This document shows, in pieces, positions 15,120 through 29,304 of a stretch of 64,000 nt of DNA. A program made the position numbers and the translations under genes. Source of the stretch: the human T2T-CHM13v2.0 reference genome, Homo sapiens. The stretch lies in the NCBI RefSeq assembly GCF_009914755.1, contig NC_060927.1, one strand, 5' to 3'. The notes beneath the pieces are model-generated. The model was not told where the DNA came from and ran no database searches. It worked only from the letters and a program-made list of their open reading frames with translations. Within the stretch, counting starts at the first letter, position 1, and every line of letters begins with the position of its first letter.

Positions 15120-15515
15120 GCCAGCTCTACTCTTGATTCCAGGGATCACAGGTGATCCTGGCCTGGCCAATCAGAGCATCCATCTCCCTAGCTACAGGGA
15201 GGGGCTGGAGGTGTGGCCTAATCAAGAACCAATCAGAGTCGACTCTCCGGACTTGGTTGTGAGAAACCCACAGGGAGATGCCCTCTTGGACCTGGGTAGA
15301 GGGAAGCCTGGAGCACAGTGGGGGCCCCTGAGAGGAGGATCCCACCTAAGAGTGAAGCTGGCATAGAGCCGGACGGGGCATATATCTGCTGATGCCGTGT
15401 GAAGGTCTGAGTCCAGCTGGACCTAAGTTTTCCAGGTTCCCGAACAGTGCATTCCCTTTTATGAAGTAAGCAGGTTTAAGCTGGGTTTCTGTTACTTATG
15501 AGTCCTGACAGACAC
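15120..15515 (+). mobile_element. MLT1-family LTR fragment
   Basis: ggccaatcagagcatc...gctgggtttctgttactt. Confidence 0.6.
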
Positions 15516-16770
15516 AGGCAGGGACGATGTTTTATTAAACTCTTTACAAACACCAGCTGCAGCACAGGCCTGACACATAGTGGTTGCTCAGGAAATGAAC
15601 ATCGAATAAATCACCACTTCTCAAGCTACCTATCAGCCAAAGTCTGGCAGATGCTTGGGATCTCATCTCTGACCCCTGTTTCCAGGTCATCCTAGACCTG
15701 AAATTGGCTCAGGGCCCTGTACAGGAACAGGATTTTTGGGGTTCTGGAAACACTGGCTGAGCAAGTGATACAGGGCTCAGACAGGGTCAGACCTCTGCAG
15801 TCTAGAATACAGCTTGTAGTATGGAGGTCTGGAAAGATGAGCAGGGAATAGTGTGGAGGGAAGAGAGGAACAGAAGGGTCTTTTACACACACAATAAAAA
15901 AGAGCTCAAACCTCCCTCTTCTCTTGCCATCTCCTGGGACACTTTCCTGGCTGCAAATATCTCTCAGAGTACTGTGAGAAACACCCCAAATGAAACTGGG
16001 TATGGGGCAACTTTTCTGTGAATCAAATTTAAAAGTTTATTCTAAATGACTAAAATTCTAATATTCTAAAGTTGAAAGCTTATTTTTTAAAAAAATTTCC
16101 AAAAGGTTACCTTGGATTTGGGTACCTCAGAGTCAGGGTGCCATGACATCAGCTCCCTAGACTGGGTTCCTCCTGATTTTATCCACAGAAACATAATAGT
16201 TTCTCACAACTAACTAGCAATGTCAGAGAAAAATCCCCAGACAACTTACTTTCAGCATTTCCCTTGCTGGTCATGCTGCTGACCTGACCTCTAGACCTTC
16301 CACGTCTCCCCATCACCCAAGGGGAAAAGCTCTGGAATGTCTGCAAGGCATTCAAGGTCTTCCCCCTTTTGCTCCATTTTCCCCTTCCAACCTCTTGCAC
16401 CATGCACAGGCTGGGACACCCTCTTGGCTGGTCCCACTGGGTCTATGTCCCTTGCGCTTCCCAGGATCCCCCGTGCTCATTCCTCCTGGAACACTCTGCT
16501 CCCAGCACTCTCTCTTGGCTCTGATCTGCGAAACCAAGTCTTCCTCTGGTTCTCCTCTGAGCTCCTTCTCTACCCAGGGGGTGTGACATGCCCATTAGCC
16601 CTTTCATTATAAACCATCTTGTTATTTCCGCTTTCAGTTCTACGAGGATGCACGTCACACTTCGCCTTTCATAATGTCCCTCCTCTATGCCTAGCACAGC
16701 AGTAAGCCTGTAGCTCAACTCCAACAATGATTTGTCAAAAAACTGATCATTTCACCTGGGAAATACTTAC

Positions 16771-16905
16771 TAATAGTAGATATCAAATCTTGAAACCTTT
16801 CCTTAGGAAAGAGTGGGTTTTCCAGTCCTCGGAAATACAGTTTTAAAACACCAGCGACTGAATTGATATCTCGTTCATTTTGATCGTCCACAAGGGGGTC
16901 TTCAC
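16771..16905 (-). CDS. SRGAP3: SRGAP3 coding exon (~15), 135 nt, (G)EDPLVDDQNE...VLKLYFRGLENPLF...LISTI(K)
   Basis: Absent from the ORF track, read manually; actcag|GT acceptor, TTA|gtaagt donor; RhoGAP LKLYFR motif; phase 1-1. Confidence 0.96.
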
Positions 16906-17079
16906 CTGAGTGGAAACAAGAGACGAGATGATATTTCAGCTTGGGAAGGAGTCAGAGAACGTGCAGATGGCCGAAGAGATGACCTGGTCCAGCCTGAACC
17001 ACAGGAAAGGCAGATGGGAAAAGTCTCCCCCACATATGAGGCCCCCCACTTCAGCAAGTTTAAAGTTCTCCCTGCAACT

Positions 17080-18690
17080 TATTTGAAAATGTTTAAATCT
17101 ATAGAAAAGTTGTAAAAATAAAATAATGAACGCCCATCACCCTTCGCTTACAACTCATCTTGCCACATTTGATTTCTCGCTCTTTCTGTATTTATATTTA
17201 TTGTTGCTCCACTATTTGAGATTATTTTGTAGACATCAAAACACACCACCGCTAACTACTTCAACACACTTCTCCTAAGAATAAGGATATTCTTGTATGT
17301 AACCACAACATTATTACACCTAAGAAAATTAACCATTCAAAAAGAACATCTCATATACAGCCCACATTCAGACATCCCCAGTTGTCCCATGGTGTCTTTT
17401 ATAGACTTTTTTTCAAAAGCCAAGATCTAATCAACATTCACACAATTCATTTGGTGGTTATTTTTCTTGAGTCCTTTAAATGTAAAATATGCCCCGATAT
17501 TTTTGTTTGCTAGTTTGTTTTTTACAATCTCGGCTCTTTCTGAAGAGCCCTGGCCAGTTGTCTTGTAGAATGCCTCACACTCTGGATTTGTCTGTTTTCT
17601 CATGATTAGACTCCAATTAAATATTTTTGGCAAGAACACTACATGGGTGATGTTATGGACACCTTAATGCATCCCATTAGAAGGCACGTACGTCAGGCTG
17701 TCCTGCTGCTGGTGATGCCAACCTTGATCACTGGGTCAAGGTGTTGGCCTCCAGATCTCTACATTATAAAGGTATTTTCCCCCTACTTTGTAATAAGTAT
17801 GATCTGTGAAATGATACTCGAAGTGTCAAGATGATACTCTGAGACGACCGTGTGCATGTAGTGCCCAACATGTTTCACCCAATGGTTTTAGCATCCAGTG
17901 ATGATTTTTGCCCAAATTAATTGTTCCACTGGGGTTGCAAAACGGTGACTTTCTAATTATGTCATTTCTTCTCTGTGTATCAGCAGGCATTCTTTTGTAA
18001 AGAAGAGCTGTCTTCCTGTCCCCCACTCTCACCCTTTATTAACATTTATACGAACTTGTTTTTGTAATTTTTAACTGAATTGTGATTACCCATTACCATC
18101 ACTATTTTTTAGAATACTTAAATTGTCCCAAATTTGGCCAGGGAGCATACTTTCTTGTGTCCTTTTAATGTGACCTCCATTGAGCACTTCCTTGTTTTCT
18201 GGACCAAAAAAAATCCCCAATTACTTTTTACTTTCCTTGATCCAGATCTTGAATCAAACATTTCTCCAGCGGGCTCTGTTTGCTTTTTGTAGGAAACAAA
18301 TATGGTGTCTCATATCGAGACACCAAGATCTAGGTATTAGGTGTGCTCATTGCTACAGAAGAGTCATAAAGACCTTCCAGATCCTTTCAGTGGATAGAAC
18401 TAGAATTTTTTTTCATGAGTTCATACTGATGTTTCTTATTCATACAATAAGGTTTTCATTACCTTCACTTATTTTGTATTTGTACATTTTTTTCTTACCA
18501 TAAAAATATTGGTTCTGAATAATATTAGTAATAATTACATTCATCTGCTTTATCCTATAATACACAATCAATGGTGTAACAGTTTTAATAGCAATATTAC
18601 CACTAACAATAAACCTGCTACACACAACTTGAGATTTCTTTCCAGGGCTTTTGTTTATGTTATTGTTTAGTATTTTTATCTTCAAAATGT
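17080..18690 (-). mobile_element. Ancient L1 (L1MC/ME-type) 3' region
   Basis: T-rich reverse L1 3'UTR-like text (catgattagactc...ttttggcaagaacactaca). Confidence 0.7.
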
Positions 18691-18892
18691 ATCCCACTCA
18701 AGAGATATATGGTCAGAAGACAGAAAGTAGATCAGTGGTTGCCTAGGGCTGGTGGCCAGGGTATGGAGGATATTGGGAGGGACTTGCAAATGGGTACAAG
18801 ATTCCTTTTGGGGAGGATGAAAAAGTTCTGAAGTAACGTTATGATGATGATTGCCTAACTCTGTAAATATAATAGAAACCATTGAAATGCAT

Positions 18893-19761
18893 TTTTTCTT
18901 TTACTGATATATAACATTTTAAATATTTATGGTGTACATGTAACTGTTAGATGCATAGAATGTATAATGATCAAGTCAGGGTATTTGAGGTATCCATCAC
19001 CTTGAATATCTGTCATTTCTATGTGTTGGTATCATTTCAAGTCCTCTCTTCTAGTTACTTTGAAATATACGAAATAGTGTTGCTAAGTATCGTCACCCTA
19101 TTCTACTACCAAACCCTAGAACTTATTTCTTCTATCTAATTCTATGTCTGTACCCACTAACCAACCTCTTTTCATTCTCCACTCCCACTCACCCTTCCTT
19201 CTGGCACCTATCACTCTATCCTCTGTGTCCATGAGATAAAGTGTTCTAGTTCCCACACAGGAGTGAGAACATTCAGAAATCTTCTTTCTGAGGCTGGCTT
19301 ATTTCACTTAACATAATGTCCTCCAGTTCCATACATGTTGCTGCAAATGACATGATTTCATTCTTCTTTATGGCTGGATAGTATTCTACTATATATTATA
19401 CACTACATTTTCTTTTTCCATTCATGCATTGGTGGCCACGTAGGTTGCTTCCGTATCTTTGCTATTGTGAATAGTGCTGCAGTAAACGTGGGAGTGCAGG
19501 TATCCTTTTGATACATTAATTTATTCTCCTCTAGATAAATACCCAGTAGTGGGATTGCTGAATGGTATGGTAGTTCTATTTTTAGTTTTTTGAGAAATCT
19601 CCATGCTGTTTTCCATAGTGGCTGTATTAATTTACATTCCCACCCACAGTATATAAGAGTTCCCTTTTCCCTGCATCCTCGTCAGCATCTGTTATTGTCT
19701 GCCTTTTTAATAATAGCCATTCTAACTGGGGTGACATGATATTTGTGGTTTTGATTTGCAT
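18893..19761 (-). mobile_element. L1MA-type 3' end inserted into a plus-strand L1MB-type 3' fragment (~18710-19825)
   Basis: Reverse L1 ORF2 end and 3'UTR; host resumes after duplicated tgaaatgyat. Confidence 0.8.
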
Positions 19762-22700
19762 GAAATGTATACTTCAAAAAATGGGTGAACCTTATGGTGT
19801 GCAACTCAATAAAGCTGCTAAAAATGTATGATCGGAGTACATGTTCAAAAGTTACTCTCTGTAGTTATCAATTTGGTAAGTGGCACACTTGGTTTTCTTC
19901 GTATTTTAGGTAGTAATTTTTTTTAGAAATACTTTTTTTAAATTTACAGTTTTGAATGCACAAAGCATTTATAGGGTCCAAAAGTCAAAAGTTGCACTCA
20001 GAAAAGCCCTACTCTTATCCTTCTCTCCTCCACACCTTTTAACCATTTTCATTCGTTTCTGGTTTGTCTTGCTGTGTGAGCAAATACATAGGCCTATTTT
20101 TAATATCTTCTTATTTCTTACACAGAATGTAGTATACTTCTAAATAAACTTCTTTCTTCACTTAACAAGAAATCCTGGAAATCCCTCCACATTAGTTCAC
20201 AGAGATCTTCCTCTATTTATTATTTTTTTAAAGGCTGCAAAGTACTCTACTTCATGGACAGACCGTAATTTATACAATCAATCTCTTAGGGGTCAACATT
20301 TGACTTCTTTCCACTATTTTGTTATTATAAATATTGCCACAGTGAATAGTCTTGTGTTTTTGTATGCACAGAGGCAGATTTCTGTGATCAGTTCCCAGAA
20401 GAGGGATGGCTGGGTCATAGGGTAGACATATATGCAGTTTTTTCAGACATAGTCGAATTCTTCACTGGGGCTATGCCATTTTATATTCCTACCAGCAACA
20501 CCATCTCAAGAATGTTGTTTTCCACAGCCCTGCCCCTGGCATATCATCAGTGTTTTGAATTTTTGCCAGTTGGACAAGGGAAAATGTTATCTCAGGGGAG
20601 TAGCACTTTTCAATTTAATCAGAGCTGCTGGGCAGGTTCACCACTGTGAATTTCCATGGGGGAGGTGAAAGGCAGCAGCGAGCCTTCTGCTGTTTTGATG
20701 TTCAGAGACATCCACACAATGGGCTGCTCCTCCTCCTGAACAGCGAAGAGCACCTCTAGAGCTGGCAAGCAATGAAAAGCAGAACTGGAAACTCATCCTT
20801 GGATCTTTTTACTCTGCTTCTGTGGAAAGTGAATACATGTCACTGCCAGAGCCTCCCTAGCCCCAACATGCTTCAGTATGAATTAGAGAACGGTCCCCCT
20901 GCCTTCCTGCACCAAGGCTTGCAGTGTACAGAGCATGAGCCAGAGTTCAGTTCCCATCTGTTCTCTTGGCTGGGCAGCCTTGTGCAGTGCCCAGAGTGAA
21001 CAATCATGCATGGTGGCCCAGACACAGGTATCAAATAGGTCAATCTCTCAAATGTTCCCACTGGAGGACGTGAGAATGCTGCCTCCATAAGACTTCTTTG
21101 TAGGGAAGGAAGAGAGAAAATAAACACACCAAAAAAATCACCTGTATTCACACAGCACTTCTCAAGTGAGAAGCACATTTGTACATACGAACTCTCCTAA
21201 CCCTTACAACAGCATTGCATGTCACTAAGGGAGACATGGTTCCAATACCACCATTCTCTCCTGTGAGAGAGCTGAGGCCCTGGCAGATGAAGCAGTGTGC
21301 CCATAATCACAAAGTCAACAACAGATACTGGCAGCTCCAAGGTCTCATAATCCCTGAGAGATACACTTTCTTCTACCTGTGATTTTTTGATCTGTCTGTC
21401 TGCATCTATGCCTGCTTATGTAGGTAGGTATATATTTACCTACTTTCCTTCCTTCCTTCCTTTCATCCTTTACAGTAGAATCTCAACCTTTTTTTTTTCT
21501 CAGTAAAAAATTCCTGTGAAATCCCAACTTATAGAACAAGGCTGTCTTAGTTGAACTGGGGTGGGGGATGTCCAAGCCTTACCTCCTCAGCCTCCCTCTC
21601 TATCCCTGTAGCAGCCTAAGGAATTCAAAAACTGTACCATATTAAGCTGTTTCCCTATTAGCTCCACACATCATTCCTGTGGTCTCATAATTCAAAAACA
21701 CATGGATATTTTCCTCCATGTTGCCTAGTACTAGTTCCCGTTGTTAAGCATGATTCGCATATTGACTTTACATACGCACACATACACATACACACGCCAT
21801 TAGTTCTTGCCATTCCTCCTGCAAGGCTCTCAGTCCATAAATTGAACTGCCCAAACATTCTTTTCAATTAGCCCAGGCCTTTGGCTCTCTGCAAGCTAGT
21901 CAGTTTTGGCTCTGAGAATGGAATCCCAGAGCTGGAGACGAGCTGGATGGTTCCTGTGAATGACGGCTTTCTCCAGGAGGAGAATTAGAGCTAAAATTCC
22001 AGGCAAATCTGAAGGAAAGACATGTTCACACTTAGCTAGCTAATGTCCTGGGGAGGTGGCATTGTTACTGAATTGCCCTGCCTGGAGCTTACTTTTACCC
22101 AGATCACCTGGGCGTTGCCAAAGGCTTTAAGACAGGGCTGTGCCCAGGGCAGAGACTGAGCACACAGTGTGTGCTTAAAGGCTCTGTCAGACCTGCTGCT
22201 GGAAGCTTGGAGTCAGTCTCTCTCATGAGGGCAGTTCTCTCTGGCCACAGGTCCTCGAGCCCCTCGACATGACAACCCCGCCCAGCATCTCCAGGTTCCA
22301 TCCCTCTTCTTGAGGCAGGACACAGGTCTCAGAAGGGGCAGATCCAGAGTCAAGAGTGTGCTAGAGCCTACGTGGCATGGCTTTAGCCCCACATCCAAAC
22401 CCTGCGTAGATATGCACAGCGGGAGAGAGCCATTGCCTCCTTGGCAAGGCACCCCCTCCACATAAGGAGAGACCTCAGCACTCCCATCTGTGCATACAAA
22501 GAGGGCACCTAGAGAGGTTTGTGGGGGACCCTCTGGGAGACAAGAGCAAACCACAGCTCAGTAGCTAATTCTTGCCTTTTCATGATGTGTTTTTTTTTCT
22601 CTCTCTCCTTCATTTTGCCAGAAGATTTATAGGGAGAGCTCAAAACTTGAGCAGTGAGTTTAAGATTTACTGACGACAACAACAAAAAGAATTCCAACTA

Positions 22701-22981
22701 AAACTCTGGTTGACTCATATGAGAAGGAAAAAAAAAAGTAGATTTAGGAATAATAAGCCAGGAGTGGATTTCCAACATGTTATCACTTTTCAGGAGCTCA
22801 AGGAAAAGAAAACCATGCTCCTTTCAACAGCCTTAAGCAAGGAACTCTGGGAAGACCTCTACTCAGGAGAAGGGAAAAACAGAGCCAAGGAAGAACAAGA
22901 CCCAAATCCCTTTTAACAACTGGTGAAGAATGGGCACCCTGCAGGAATTAGAGGATTTAAATTTTAAAAATAAAAGGAAAA

Positions 22982-23530
<549 letters not shown>

Positions 23531-26087
23531 CAGGAAGAAAGGAAAAACATGGCATACTGGTTTGGAGAGGAAATTTAGTCACGAGTTAAACCATGTGGGA
23601 TGTGAAGAGTGGGCGAGAAGAGAAATATTGAGCTGGGCCCAGATTTGGGCCACCCCGTCGCCAGGGAAACACAGAGATAAGCAGGCTGACGGCCAGGAAG
23701 AGGGAAGACCTTAGTCTGGGGAGGGGTGGGAGGAAGCGGCCCTGAGTGTCAGCCAGGTTAGGAGCCAAACCCAGGGCATATGCTTGGTGAATATCAAGGA
23801 ACAGAAAAGAGTAAGTGAGAAATCTGGCAGCGGCCAACCCAGAAAATCCAGGAAAGGATTTTTATAAAAGAGACATACTAGAACGATTCTTTCAGAAGAA
23901 AGCATGCTCCATTGTCAACTCAGGTGGAGCAGAAGGACCAGGCTGGCGAGAGAATGAGATTCGTTTTGGAACGATGGGAAGAGGGAGTGAGGCCAACTGC
24001 ATCCGTGAGGAAAAGAAAAAGGAAAAAATATTTTTTGCAGCTGAGATTTAGTTCAGACATTCTCTGCCCAGCTGGGCTCTGCCTGAGGCAACCCAAGGCT
24101 TGTTAGGAGCAGAGAATTCTTTTAAATTGCACATCACCCCTGCAAAGCACCAAAGCAAGTGACAGGAGGTGCTGACCTTAGAAAATCACATTCAAGAAGG
24201 TAAAAAGCAGTGCTACCAGAGTAGGGAAAGGGTGGGGTTGCCCGTGGCAACAAGGTTACATACAGAATATGGAGAGGCAGGGAAATGCCAGGCAAAGTGG
24301 TTGCCAGGCTGGAGGCACCATGCAGTGAGTTTGCCCACGAGATTCAAGGCAGGGTGACAAGGCATTCTGTATAATGGGATGAGCCCAGGAGGAGGCAACC
24401 AGCAAAGGTTCCAGACTATGGTTCTGTTCATTGTAAATGAAGACAAGGCAGCAGGGATGTAAGGAGCTGGGGAAAATGAAGAAACAACATTATGGGTTGG
24501 ACTGTCCAGTGCTGCCAAGAGAGGCTCAGAGCAATGACAAATGATACTTGCATCATGGACGCAGATGGGAGAGACCTCTTGCTTTCTGACCTTTGCACAT
24601 GCTGTTCTCTTGGCTTGGAATGCCCTTTCTTTGCCCCTGTTTCCCCTGGCTCTTACTCTTCAAGCCTCAGCTTAGGCATTTTTTCCCAAGGAAACCTTCC
24701 CTGGCTTTGCTGTTCCTCCCCACTCCATCCAGGCTGGGCTAGGGCCTCCTATGCTCCCCAATGCCTACTCTATCATTGCACTGATTATACTGGCTGTTGA
24801 CTAAACTGGCTCCCCCACTAGTAGTGACTGTGTTTTGTTCATATTGCATTTCCAGGCCCTTGTCCATTACCTTGTATGGTATAGGGCTCAGTGCATGCTT
24901 GTTTAGTGAATGAATACATGACTAAGTAGGAGCTTGGAGCAAGGAGGTCCTGGGGCTCCCTGGTTCTAAGCACCCGAGATCCTTGAGGAGGCTCCAGAAA
25001 CGAAGCTCCCCTAGACCCCAGAAGGCCACTGAGCATGACATGCAGCCAAATCTCATTGTCTACAGATGGTTCCAAGCCAGAGCACCTACATCCACAGAGG
25101 GTCTGTGCCTGGGGGCCGTGGCAGTACTGCTTGGGGCTGCAGAATGCTTCCTCCACCGCAGGATGGAATGGAGATGACCGAGAGGCAGAGAATTTGCTCA
25201 AGAGGCAGCTCCTTTGGGGTGGTAGGGGAGCTAGGTAATAAGTAGGAAGAATTCTATGGGTGGAAACACACAGAGAGGTCTGCTCAGAGTACAGCCAACA
25301 GGGGTAAACCATACCTTTTGGGATGTTATGTACTGCAAGTAAAGGGGTATGGGGTTGGGGTCTTCAGCACCAGAACCACTCAGAGAAGAAGGCAGTAAAT
25401 CAGAGTTGAGAAGGCATGGACTATGGAGACATGACCTTTTCAAATATTGGAAAACTGCAGGCAGAGATATTATTTGGGATACTGATATTCCAACTCTTCT
25501 TTCCTCCCCTGGGATGAGGTTATGGTCTTGTTAATGCTAGGTTTTGTTCTAGAATCAGGGAGCAGGATTGAAAATATTTCCTCGAATGAAACTGCATGGA
25601 TTTTCCATTTCAGTGCAGCAGTGAGATAAGCACTGAATATTCAAAAGCAGAGGTGTAAGAAAAATTGAGTGTTTCCTGACCCAGTGAGTCCTTACTTGGC
25701 TTGGACACTGTCACTGGCCATCTGTTCCTATCAGGGATTCTGAGGCCCAGAGAGGCTACACCAAATGTATCATATGTGTCCTGGTCTAGTGGTCCACCTC
25801 ATTTCTAATAAGCTTTCATATCCTTGTTTAAATCAAAATGGGAACTAGGTCACCTCTCCAGGGTTGGAGGGAGTGTATAATCTCTTCCCCGCAATGTGTG
25901 GCTTGCCAAAAACACTGCATAAAAAATTAAAAATTAGGATATCCTAAAAGCCACTCAGTATTTTCTATGTTCTTCCAATTCTAAAATGTAGCATCATTTA
26001 CAGATTCACATGAATATTCCAGAGCTCTTTACAAGGTGCCCTTTCCCAGCAACCACTGTGCAGTCCCCTGGAGAAAGCACCCAAAAG

Positions 26088-26171
26088 CAGTAATAGTAGT
26101 AATAGCAGTAGTAGTCATAGTAGTAGTAACAGTGGTGGTGGTGCTGGTGCTGGTGCTGGTGCTGGTGGTAG
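26088..26171. repeat. Compound (TAG)n/(TGG)n/(TGGTGC)n microsatellite
   Basis: Directly visible. Confidence 0.9.
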
Positions 26172-26361
26172 GTAAATGTTGAACAGTTAACTCTTTGGCA
26201 GGTAACAATTAGAACTTAGTGTTAGCCAATTTCTCTGGTGTAAACACGCCAGCCATGGCTTATTCCAAGTACCAGGACAAAGGCACTGCATGTGAAGTTG
26301 GGAAGAGATGTGCACAATCAGCTCCTGCAAACCACTGCAGGCCGGCTTCTGCACACCACTG
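26165..26361. mobile_element. Arthur1-like hAT-Tip100 relic
   Basis: ggtaaatgttgaaca start and gccggcttctgcacaccactg end resemble recalled Arthur1 termini. Confidence 0.55.
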
Positions 26362-26434
26362 GCTCTGAGACACACGTGAATATTCACCCTGGCTTCCCCT
26401 GGCCACAAGCCTAAGATGGTCGCTCTGCACCCAC

Positions 26435-26512
26435 CTCTCTCAAAGGAATTTTTGATGTCATTGACTTCCACCTGAGATCCTGGCACTCTGAAGATCCCCT
26501 GCTGCTGGAGTC
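26435..26512 (-). CDS. SRGAP3: SRGAP3 coding exon (~14), 78 nt, (G)LQQQGIFRVPGS...NSFER(G), carries the RhoGAP arginine finger
   Basis: ttttag|GA acceptor, GAG|gtggg donor; GIFR motif; phase 1-1. Confidence 0.97.
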
Positions 26513-27685
26513 CTAAAAAAGAAACATACAGAAAAAGAAATAGTAAATCCACGAGACCTTGAGTTCATTAGACTACCGGGAATATCAGTGACTCTCCCCA
26601 TTGCTTGTCTCTTTCTCCCCCGATCCTTTATAACAGAGTCGTTCCCTATGAATGTCTCCAGAAATGGCCTTCACGGTAAAGTACAGCTGGCCAAAATCCT
26701 TGGACACATCTGCTTCAAACACTTGTGATCTTCTGTTTGAGCTTAAAGGAAAAGGCCTCAAGAAGTTTGTATCAATACCTTTCCTTCCCTGTACACAGAC
26801 ATGTTCTGCCTTCAAGAAGAGCTAGACTCCAGAGTATATTCTGGCTGGGACTTGAGAGAAGTTAAATCATTAAAGTAAAACTATCCCTTTTTTTTACATG
26901 TTTCTACAAGACCTTAACAAAGAGGAGACCCTTATACATGACATGACAGTAATGACATAACAGCAGCCTGTACAACTGAAGGAATTAAAAGGTCTGTTTC
27001 ATCTTAATGAGAATTAATGGGGGAGCCTGTGATCCTTTCCCTATCTCTGTTTTTCTATATAAAACAATTTTCCACATTATAATTTAAGAAGTATTTACTC
27101 TCAAAAGGCAGGCTTTGGTCAAAGTTTGGTTTGTATATAGTATATCCTCAATAAATGCTTCTTCATCTCTTTAATTAAACAATATTGAACTTCTGCCACC
27201 CAAGTCTCTGATCCCATCTTCCTGGCTCCTTACCACCCAGCCACACTGACCTTCCTCCCCATGCTAGGCCTTTCCACTCGCCATCCTCCATTCTCTCCAC
27301 CTGGACTGCATAGCTGGCTGCTTCTACTCGGTATTACTTAGTTCAAACATCACCCCCTCGGAGAAATCTCTCCTCACCGCCTTAGCCAAAGCACCTCCTC
27401 TCCTTTCCAGCCATTCTCTATCCTCTTTAAATTAGTTTCATGGCATTTGCACTATCTCAAATGATATTATTTATTTTTCCACTTGATAATTTCCTTGCCC
27501 TTTTCATTGGAAGTGTAAGCTATGCAGGGCAGGCATTGCACCTGTCTTGTTCATGCCTGTATTCCCACTCTCCAAAGCAGTGCCTATTATGCACTCAATA
27601 AATATAGTTTTGGAGGAATGAACGAGTGGATAAGCACCAGTTATGTTCTGGTGACACCATGGTTAACAAATCCCAGACATCATTA

Positions 27686-27766
27686 TTAGGTTGGTGCAAA
27701 AGTAATTGCGGTTTTTGCCATTCAAAAGTAATAGCAAAAGCCACAATTACTTTGGCATCAACCTAA
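27686..27766. mobile_element. MADE1 (Hsmar1-derived MITE)
   Basis: ttaggttggtgcaaaagtaattgcgg...caattactttggcatcaacctaa, near-palindromic, TA on both sides. Confidence 0.93.
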
Positions 27767-28108
27767 TACCTTCATGGAGCTTATAATCTAGCCGTATTAG
27801 CTGATTTACTGGCAAACTCCATTCAGTGCTCAAAGCACAGAGCTATAGGGTTGAGTTCTCTTGTCCATGCCCTTTCTACTCTCCAGTTTTCCTAGGTCTT
27901 GGATCCTCTCACCATGATCTCCATCCCTCAACACACAGGCTCAAAAGCAGCACTCAGAAGAGCAGCTGCTGTGTGCAGTACTTTCCCCCTCCAAAGCAGA
28001 GCTGTGACGGGAAGTCTTCCAGGACAAATTAGAATCTCATTTCCTATCAGAACAGCCTAGCACCTGTTCTGCAGATTGCTGAAAACACTGGCCCAAGATC
28101 CAGCTTAC

Positions 28109-28169
28109 CATATAAATTGATGTAACGGATGCAGCTCTCGACTACAAGCGGTATAGCTTGTCCTGAATC
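28109..28169 (-). CDS. SRGAP3: SRGAP3 coding exon (~13), 61 nt, DSGQAIPLVVESCIRYINLY(G), start of RhoGAP
   Basis: ttctcaag|GAT acceptor, ATG|gtaag donor; phase 0-1. Confidence 0.97.
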
Positions 28170-29273
28170 CTTGAGAAAAGAAAAATTGTGAGTTTTATGG
28201 GGCTTGACAACCACCACAGGAAAAAGACATTGCAAACACCGATTACAGACTCAAGCCAGAATATTAGTACCATCAGATTAGTAGGAAAACAAGCAAGGAA
28301 CTGCTAATCCTAAAGTCTCCACGGACAGTTACAATAGAGAGTCTTCAACTGTATGCACAAAAAGGCATAGCTATGATTATTTTAAAGAAATGCTCTTCTT
28401 CTTACCCAACTGGAAAGGAACCTGGGCTCAGGAGGCCTGGCAGGCCCACTTGGGCAGTGGAGAGGGAACCACCTCGGGGGGGTGCTGGAGTCTGGCCTTG
28501 AAGAGTTCTCTGCCTCCCCCTCCATTTTGTCCCAACTCAACACTATTTTCTCAGTGCTCAAGGATCAAGTCCTCATCCTATTACTGCAGTACCTGATGTC
28601 AGAATTAAGGGCACACCAGGGGGGAAGCAAGGCTGGCCCCTGGTGGAAATTTTGAGCTCTAAGAAAAGAAGACCAGTTCTACTCATGAAGTCACAAGTAA
28701 ACACCCAGATGCATACTGCATTTAACAGTAAACATGTCACAGGGAAAAGCTCTAGAGGCAGCCGATGTCAGCCATTGGCCATCCAGGGGCCAACCTTACT
28801 CTAAAAGGCTGAAAAAGATGCAATTCTCAACACAGGCACCTGGGATGTGAATGTATTTTCAATGACATCTTCCTAGACTGGTCTACAGCCACAAATGATT
28901 ATGGCGGAGGGGAAACATTTTCTTTTGGATTCCATTATTTGTTGACCTCTCTGTTATTCCAGGTCACTTAAAGAGCATCAAATTCTTTTAAACTTTCTTT
29001 AAAAGGGGCCAAATCAAAGGCCTAGCCTCCTCACAACGTGAGTAAACCATGAGGCACATGTAATATGCTCTTGTGAAGACAGCATGGATTTGGATATGTT
29101 CTTGGCTCCTCCACACCCCACCTGTGAATTCTTTCCTTGATTGACTGTGCCCAGGGACAGGACAAGAATATGGACCCATCAGCAACAGGCAAGGTGGGCT
29201 CTGTTCTGGAAGTCAGCACTAAAGACAGTTTCCATCGCGGTGAATGGGGCTAATGGGCCTTTCTAGTAAATAC

Positions 29274-29304
29274 CTGGTTCCTGGTTCGAGCATTTCTTCT
29301 TCCT
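29274..29304 (-). CDS. SRGAP3: SRGAP3 alternative exon 12b, 31 nt, (R)GRRNARTRNQ
   Basis: ttgttatcag|A GGA AGA AGA AAT GCT CGA ACC AGG AAC CAG|gtattt; phase 2-0 like 12a; 72 nt (24 aa) shorter, matching the recalled 1099 vs 1075 aa isoforms. Confidence 0.9.

Noticed and set aside
14559-15155. 198-aa plus-strand ORF
   Set aside because: Antisense shadow of SRGAP3 exons 16-17 plus intron; no recognisable protein features
23580-24150. Repeat-free segment with GATA/AP-1/SOX-like words
   Set aside because: Short motifs are expected by chance; an enhancer call cannot be supported from sequence alone
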